From the NCBI GenBank assembly GCA_964016885.1, contig OZ024745.1:108996001-109060000 (forward strand): a DNA stretch of 64,000 nucleotides, given 5' to 3'. The translations under genes and the position numbers were made by a program. The first letter of the stretch is position 1. Each line of letters opens with the position of its first letter. The notes under the pieces were generated by a model. That model was given only the letters and a program-made list of their open reading frames with translations, had not been told where the DNA came from and searched no databases. Below, piece by piece: positions 56,063 through 64,000 of this stretch. The stretch is from Eledone cirrhosa. Taxonomy: Eukaryota.

Positions 56063-57643
56063 GGTTTCACTTTACACACTGATGTAGCGATGAGACAATC
56101 ACTGCCCTGTGGAGAAAAAGAGAAGCATTTCTCTTTTCTTCGCTTTTAAACTCATGATTTTGTTCAGCCATAACTAGTTATTCCTGGCGTTATTGATACC
56201 AGCAGAAAAACCACCCTTTGGGTGGTTGTCTGCTAGTATGTGTAGTGTGTATATTGATATTATACACAAATATATATATGCATGTAAATATGATACATCA
56301 AATAAAATCGTAATTGACAATATACACAGAAATTGAAGAGAGACTGTGTTACACTCCCTTCTGTAATCAGTAATCCATGATATATAAAAAAAAAAAGACG
56401 GCATTATATATAAACTGCATTAGAAGAAAATTAGCGACGGAAATATATGCGATTATAAGTGCTATAATATAACGGCCGCTAACCGGAAGTGTTGACATTT
56501 GATAATTTTAAAGAATTGAATTTTAAAGATCTTTAAATAAGCTATAAAATATATTTAATCAACAGCCACGAAATTTAGCACATAAATTATGTAATAATCA
56601 TTCATTATTTATTCAAAGTAATCGAACTTATTTTACAAACGGGTAAAAAAATATATTCTGGACGCAATCCCGCAGACCTTCCTTTATTATAGTTAAGGTT
56701 GAGAACAAATTTATATTCATGGGCAGTCTTGACGGGATCAGTACGTCTTTATTTTGTTAGGATTACAGTATTGAAAATGTCAATCTTAAAGTCAATAGTA
56801 TATGACATGGCGTAGGAGAGATTTGACTACCATTACTAGCAGATCGAGAAACCACGTTCTGGTTACTGGCATTCTGTTGATTTCAGTGAACTATTTAAGA
56901 TATTGTGTTTAATAAGGGTGTGTGTAATTTTCTATCTTTCAGCTTCCTTTTAATGGTCCTGAAGCTATGACCTTTATCGTAAAGGGGAAATAATTATTTA
57001 CTTCTCGTTAAAGAGCTCACAAATGTTCCTATAGTTTGTGGAAAACATCAAATCTAAAAATAAATGCTCACCTTGTACGATCTGTTTACATAAACAGAAA
57101 TTATTAACACTTAGAGTAAACCTTAGTAATTTGAAAAACATGCTAGCACACAAATATTTATAAAATTGAAAGGAAGGCAAAAAGTCTATAAAATATACTT
57201 CCTATAACTCTTTTTCGCATTCCTTTAATTGAAGAATGTATCATGCATTCAAAGATTTTTTTTTTATTGGCCACCATTACATATTTGTCGTAGTTGTTTG
57301 CCAGCGGTGGTTTAGCGAGAATAATCGTTGTAGATATTTATAACTACTTTAAAGGACAATATATTGGCAGACAAAAGGGGAGATTAACTACCTTGAAAGA
57401 GATAAAGTCTCTTTTTCAATGAGAGATGCTATTATTATTCTCTGCCAGTCTTTCTTATGCTATATATACGTATGTATATACTGTATCTCCACCGAAATAC
57501 AGCCATCGTATTTTCTATTAACTAAAATGTGTGCACTCTGAACTACTGGTTGCAGTTGCATTACTGCAACCTAGCAGATTTATAGAGTAAGCTAGACGTT
57601 GGCCAGTGACCATTGAGTTAATATCAACGGTCTTTGTAAACAA

Positions 57644-57681
<38 letters not shown>

Positions 57682-57683
57682 CT

Positions 57684-57740
<57 letters not shown>

Positions 57741-58061
57741 TTCTAACACCGGATTCACTAGCGAAAGGCCTGTTTTCTGACTCGCTCATATATTCACACA
57801 GCTTATGCTGTGAAAGAATAACTATGTTGCTTGTGTTTATTTCCATCTTCGGTTAGCTTCCCCCTGTGTTGTTTACTTGTCTCACTCGCTTTACGCGTTT
57901 CTATTGTCCTAATAACTTATTTTAGTTATTATCGCTCCAACGTGAGGTATATGATTTTTAATGCGATGAAATACCCATGATCGTTTGGTAAATCACTGAT
58001 GAGGGACTCATTTTATAACATGTTATCCATGTGCAACCAGCAGTTTTCTTCTCACCCATAT

Positions 58062-58090
<29 letters not shown>

Positions 58091-58092
<2 letters not shown>

Positions 58093-58252
58093 ACGAAGGA
58101 AATGTGGGAAGGAACCAGATGGACCATAACGCACCAAAGTACTCAATACTTAAGGTAGTAGAGTGGGTAATTCTGGACTAAAAAATTACTTTTTTTAGTC
58201 CAGAATAAGCCGTCGGAACGGCTTGAGCTCAGCCGTCGGGATCCTACTCGTT

Positions 58253-58254
<2 letters not shown>
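58091..58254 (-). mobile_element. Fold-back family B, copy 3 (most of one arm missing)
   Basis: Same two termini; central hairpin attctggactaaaaaa/ttttttagtccagaat. Confidence 0.7.
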
Positions 58255-58330
<76 letters not shown>

Positions 58331-58575
58331 AATAAATAATCGAGAATCGGAATCTCGGCCCACGAAATAACGAAACACAATTTTCGAAATGTATGGCCAC
58401 GGGCTCAATAGTTTGGATAAACCAGAGCTATAACTATCGTTTAAATACCAACACATAGAGACAATGCTTAAAATCATTCGCACAGCCGAAAAAACGACCA
58501 GGAAAATTCGGGTCACACAAATAATAAATTAATGAATTAATAAATTAAATGAATGTAAAATCTTACCCGGACCCG

Positions 58576-58693
<118 letters not shown>

Positions 58694-58777
58694 GGTAAAC
58701 AGAAATAACAACACAATCAGTACAGTATATGGAAGGTATATATTAGGTTAACGCTTGATATAGCAGCAGGAAGAGGG

Positions 58778-58813
58778 TCTTAACGTTTCGGACGCTAATC
58801 CTACATCAGAAGA
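58778..58813 (-). ncRNA. Variant minimal hammerhead motif within a microsatellite-flanked element (about 58690-59127)
   Basis: Minus strand: tctt-CTGATGTA-gga-ttagcg-tcc-GAAA-cg-TT-aaga. All stems pair, but the core reads CUGAUGU instead of CUGANGA. Confidence 0.55.
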
Positions 58814-59137
58814 AAGAATGAGAAATAAAATAGATTGAGGGGACGGGCGGGATAGAATTGGAAAAAATGTCTTATAGAAATAAATGGTTGATTGAAGGTA
58901 GTAGGGTGGGTGTGAAAAATAGACGGGTGAGAAGAAGATGTGGTGTAAGAAGATTGTAGTAGAGGAAAAGTGGTATGGAGTCGTGGAATATTTAAATGCA
59001 AGAAGCAAAGAAAATTTCAAAGATACCAAAGATTTCCTGGTAGAAGTTCAGGTGCACTCCGGGTTGGTATTCAATTTCGAGGTGAAAGTCCAATCAGAAA
59101 ATCCAACGAATTTTGAGAGATCCACGTTATATATATA

Positions 59138-59207
<70 letters not shown>

Positions 59208-59210
<3 letters not shown>

Positions 59211-59408
59211 ACAATAATAAATTTGAAGATTAAAATCCAAAGAGGGCCCGATAGGGATAAATATATATTAAATATATAAGAACCGTAGAGCAAATATTTA
59301 TTAAAATAACAGATTAAAGTTTAGGCAAAAATTAGTTTCAGAAGATCCCGTTAAGGGTGAAAGCAGCGATTCTTTGCTTAAACTTTAATCTGTTATTTTA
59401 ATAAATAA

Positions 59409-59410
<2 letters not shown>
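59208..59410 (-). mobile_element. Fold-back family C, copy 2
   Basis: Same left terminus as 52100; the central segment is inverted relative to copy 1. Confidence 0.75.
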
Positions 59411-59501
<91 letters not shown>

Positions 59502-59532
59502 TATACATACATACACACACATATGTGTGTGA

Positions 59533-59597
<65 letters not shown>

Positions 59598-59632
59598 TGT
59601 ATGTATGTATGTATGTATGTATGTATGTATTA

Positions 59633-60259
59633 TGTCGGGTCACTCTTGAGTGCTACTGGTAACATGTAACCCAGTACAACCTGTCACATGGTCGGGTCGT
59701 CGGCGACTAAACCGGCAACCCCGCCAAGTTTACTTGGTGAGGAGGGTGATTTTGGACACTCTGCAGGACAAAAACGAAACCTGACAAAGGGCGGAAGAGC
59801 TCATAAGAGTCAACGGCCATCTAAAAGTGTGTAAATATGTATATACACATGTACATGTGTGTGTATATGTATATATGTATATGCATGGGTGCATGTGTAT
59901 GTATATGCGCGGGGACATAGAAATAGTCGGGCTGGACACCCTATCGCGCGGTTAAACCACTGGGAGTGAAGGACCCCTAGCCTTTGTCAGGGCATTCTTC
60001 TAGGATAAGTCAACTCAGGAAACTGGGATAACTCCGATATAAAATCTGCGGCTCAGTAGTTACCGATGATGTTGATCTTTTCTTCTTTTCGGGTTATAGT
60101 TACTGTCGCTCAGAGAGTGGGATTGGCTCAGTGCACAGTCTTTCCTCACTTTAAAAACTATCTTCACGCACAGGCATTGCACGATAGAATTAATTAATAA
60201 TTATTAATAATGGTATATCATGCAATGGCCATACTCGATAACGAGGGGGCAGCTATCAT
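59633..60259 (+). mobile_element. Structured non-coding interspersed repeat (probable RTE-derived non-autonomous element), full copy
   Basis: Paralog of 9791-10489; flanked by (tatg)n; no credible ORF; several hairpins. Confidence 0.65.
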
Positions 60260-60339
60260 GTATGTATGTATGTATGTATATATATATATAACGCTAACGA
60301 GGGCTATTAGACCAACTAGTGCAATTAGAGTGCTGCTGA

Positions 60340-60915
60340 TGCAGTGTGTCAAAGAAAATGTGGGTGATTTTTTTTCCACTTCAGTAATAAACATTTCAGC
60401 CTAAGGGATGAGCCAAGAGTGGATTGTTAAAATAGAATAGTTTCGGTGCCAATAGAAGCAGCTTTGCTGCAAATCTTGCTATTACTGCGAGAAAATTCAG
60501 TGGATATTTTGGTGTTGAGAATACAACTGTCCTCTGCGAATTGAAAAAAGCTTACTAGTCCAATACTCTGAAGCATTATATACACAACACCAGATGCCTT
60601 GTTTGGACAGAGTTGTTACTTGAGATGAAAAATGTATTCTTTATAACAATACTCTGTGCCATAAGCAGTGGTTTAACCGTTGTGATAGGCCTGTCCAGTA
60701 GGTGAGGGGAGACCTGCATTGAAAGAACCACCCAGTTTAATCTGAATTCATTAAAACTTATGGAGCAACAATACTAGCATGGGACTGTAAAGAGACGACG
60801 GTGCAATAGCCACTTTCGAAAGGTTTTACTTTAAATAACTATAGAAAACACACGGTAAGTACCGACCTTTGGGATACAATGATGCACCTAACTTCACCTA
60901 ATTCGTGCGAAATCT
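60340..60915 (+). pseudogene. Decayed mariner (DD34D) transposase
   Basis: With frameshifts: FSLRDEPRSG...ITARKFSGYFGVENTTVLCELKK (HTH), LDRVVT*DEKCILYNN...QW (first catalytic D motif), and WDTMMHLTSPN (remnant of W..L.HPPYSPD). Confidence 0.85.
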
Positions 60916-61039
60916 ATATAAGCCCTAACAACCATATCCTCTCTCTATATATATATTTAGGTTCCAATAATATATCAATTATTAAATATGTTTTTAGCAA
61001 TAAGTAAACATTGGTAGTCTCTTATTTGACAAAACAGTT

Positions 61040-61935
61040 TTTTCCAGGGATGACGAGGTGTACAAAGAATCGCATTAAACGACAACAAAACAGAAGCCGC
61101 ACTAATAAGAGGAATATGATCTGGTTCAGCAAGAATGTTCTAGACAATGTTCTGAAACAATTCTTCACTTTAATCAACAACCACTTCCACAAAGTCTACA
61201 AGATACTTAAAATAATCAAAGGGGTTATTTTACAAAACCAATTATTTCACTAAACCTCTATGATGGTTTCTGATTTAGGCACAAGGCTAACAATGGGGGG
61301 GGGGGGTTTAAACCGATCCCAGTGCATTACTGGTACTTTATTTTATCGACCACGTAAGGATGAAAGGCAAAGTTAATCTCGGTTAGATTTGAATTGAGAA
61401 CGTAAAAGGATATAACTATATGCCACAAAGCATGTTGTCGAACGCTCTACCGATCCATCGCCCTATTACACTTCTATAATAAAAATTATTTTGCAACATA
61501 ACCACAGAAAACTCCCCAAACAGTATAAACTGAAGATAAAATAACTGTAATTGTCAAAATATATGTCGTGTTCATTAAATAACTTGCGCATGACAAACTT
61601 AATTGTATATCCGCCCATTTCAACTAGAAAAAGATATACAGTACTGTGTCTAACATCGGCTTAAAAACTATTTTAGAACTGAATATACTAACATATAGAC
61701 TCTTACAAACGCCGTCACAACAAAAATGCCTCGTACATCACTCTCAAATTTCATTTAGCAAAAGAAAGATAGAAGTGAGTTTATTCACATGACAGGATCT
61801 ATCTTAGACAGAGTCACCCCATACAATAATAATTTGAAATGGCGCCACCTATGTTTAACAAAGAAATATCACATTAGAAACCACCATATAGCAATAATAA
61901 ACAAAATGCTAGAGCTATTAACGACTTTTAGGTAG
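61040..61935 (+). mobile_element. Decayed Penelope-like element (linker plus GIY-YIG), interrupted by a minus-strand SINE at about 61262-61465
   Basis: KRNMIWF..NV..QFFTLINNHF, HN.., CNC, IVY, IGL, TSLSNFI, SILDRVTPYNNNLKWRHLCLTKKYHI...INKMLEL, in the expected order with frameshifts. Confidence 0.8.
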
Positions 61936-63189
61936 AGAATGAAACTTTTGCTGTTATGTTTTCGGAAAAATAGTAGATAGAGCAGAAGAGATATTATACA
62001 TCATATGATACGCCAATAGTGTGTCTCTTGCTTTAACAAGTATTTCAAAGTCTGCTGAAAATCATTGTGTACTACGTTTCTGGCTGCTAATATCAATCCA
62101 TGGTACGGGTATGGTCAGGCACTAAATACGCTACACGAGAATTTCTGTGAGTGTGTATTGAATATTTTGGTGTTCTGTAGAAAAAATACCACATATATAT
62201 ATATAAAATTACATTTATAAAAAAAAAGCCTTCGTGAGCCCCTTTTTTATTAAGTAAAAAAGAAATTCAAACAAACTGGCGCGAAAGCTGATGTGCTTAT
62301 TCACGTGACTGCATCAACCAACCAAACTTCACTCATATATGAAAAAATAACCAGAGTCCCCCCCCCCTTGTTTGAAGAACTTTGTAACGCGAACTGGCGC
62401 GAAAATTATTATACTTATTGACCAACCAATCAAATTAATTCTCTAAAAACCTGGCGTTTCGAACCACTTTTTCCCATATGAAACAAGTAACATTCTAAGA
62501 CCGACCAGATGTGAGAAAAACTACAGACTCTCCATCTCAGCTCTACTTTTAAAAAGCAGAAGAACTGCGAAACCGGTAAAGGAACCAAATAAATATATAT
62601 ATATTTTTTTAAATATGACTCCAGTTGCATTTTCGATATATAAATATATAAATTCAGCGAGAATCGCATTTCGGCGGGTAGAAAAAGCGAAACGAAACGC
62701 AAAAATCAGAATTATGCTGGCAAGAAAGCATTAACCACCTAAGCCAAAATCAAGCTAAACAGGTCAAAACAAAATAAATGATAAAAAAAAAACAGACCTG
62801 GACCAATTGGAATTGATATAAAAATCTAAATGCAGGGTTTCTATGACACCTAAATCAAAATACTGTCTGCTTAAAATTACAAGCTTTAGGTATAATGATC
62901 GAACAAGGAATATCACGTTATCAACAGGTATTTTGCTCTGTACCAAATTTGTGAATTGACATAAAGCTTCGTAAAAGCACGTGTGTAATTCACAAGGGGA
63001 AAAACTCCAGATTTTGGCAAATGAATTCAGTATGTGTATATCATGTAAAAAATTGCATAAATAGCACAAATCGAATAAGCACTCAACCGAGTAGTTTTTA
63101 AAATAAACTTATGCAATTAATCTGTCAATATAATTATTAACAGGTTAATTGTAAGACTCGGGAGATTAATACAAATATAAATTCAGCGA

Positions 63190-63255
<66 letters not shown>

Positions 63256-63601
63256 GGAACAACGTGAAATGAAGTGTTTTGTTCAAGAACAAAACACGCA
63301 ACCCAGTCCAAGAATCGACCAACGACATTTTGATCGTAAGTCAAATACCCTTACCTTCAGTTGGCAAAAATGTGTTGTACTTGTAATTCAAAGGGCAAGT
63401 TTTGTCACATAATATGTAACGCTGAATCTTCCTGAGAATTACATTAATGGTGCTCAGTAACTTTCACATTAATTCTCTTGAACAGGCAATTCCGTTCTTT
63501 GAACTACTGGAACACTCGTTGTCAGATTAACTGGAGGTCTAACACTGTGGACACACATATGCATGTGTGTTTGTCTGTGTGCTAATTTTAATTTAACTAA
63601 C

Positions 63602-63701
<100 letters not shown>

Positions 63702-63829
63702 TCATTAGTTAAGCAAAACAAGACCACAAACTTCACAAGGAAGACATTATTAAAAGATTGTCAACATATTTCAGTTTGATGTAAGGAATGTATAGAATAA
63801 TAATAATAATATTAATAATAATAATGTCC

Positions 63830-63866
<37 letters not shown>

Positions 63867-63948
63867 CGTGTGTGTATGTGTGTGTGTGTGTATAGAAAGA
63901 GTGAAGCATAACATGATCAACAACTGGATTACCTATAACGATATTTTG

Positions 63949-64000
<52 letters not shown>

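Noticed and set aside
57993-58030. CTGATGAG hammerhead start (also at 9134 and, on the minus strand, near 32880)
   Set aside because: No properly placed stem II plus GAAA and UH could be found.
59960-60020. HDV-like ribozyme fold
   Set aside because: A P3-like agg/cct stem is present, but the P1 end, L3 and J4/2 do not fit the consensus.
62764-63069. 101-aa minus-strand ORF
   Set aside because: No domain similarity and no convincing start or splice signals; expected by chance.

Overview
AT-rich animal genomic DNA, most likely an octopus or other coleoid cephalopod (inferred from the repeat landscape). It is intronic/intergenic, and no confidently identifiable host gene or RNA gene is present. 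Nearly all long ORFs in the track are translated microsatellites: (TA)n, (CA)n, (GA)n, GGT/GAT/CTT. The real content is: roughly 35-40 copies or fragments of a young tRNA-derived SINE with a Meta-type central domain; a second CORE/V-like SINE; 5'-truncated LINE fragments (CR1-group, RTE, CRE); two Penelope-like GIY-YIG fragments; a decayed mariner transposase; Tigger-, hAT- and piggyBac-like MITEs; and several minisatellites. The most notable signal is a set of at least six unrelated short non-coding element families embedded in (TA)n arrays, mainly at 42-59 kb. Most share a fold-back architecture: an inverted arm with a fixed end plus a direct arm with a fixed tail. I found five type I hammerhead ribozyme motifs by eye, at 28424(+), 42720(+), 52465(-), 53130(-) and 58778(-); four lie inside such TA-embedded elements. 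In one family the inversion junction lies at the predicted cleavage site, and one fold-back arm is joined directly to a Penelope endonuclease fragment. This suggests a Penelope-mobilised, ribozyme-carrying, microsatellite-targeting mini-element system. Weak evidence also points to the 5' region of a large minus-strand host gene (promoter motifs near 35.75 kb and several small candidate exons). All calls are by eye, and coordinates of decayed repeats are approximate.
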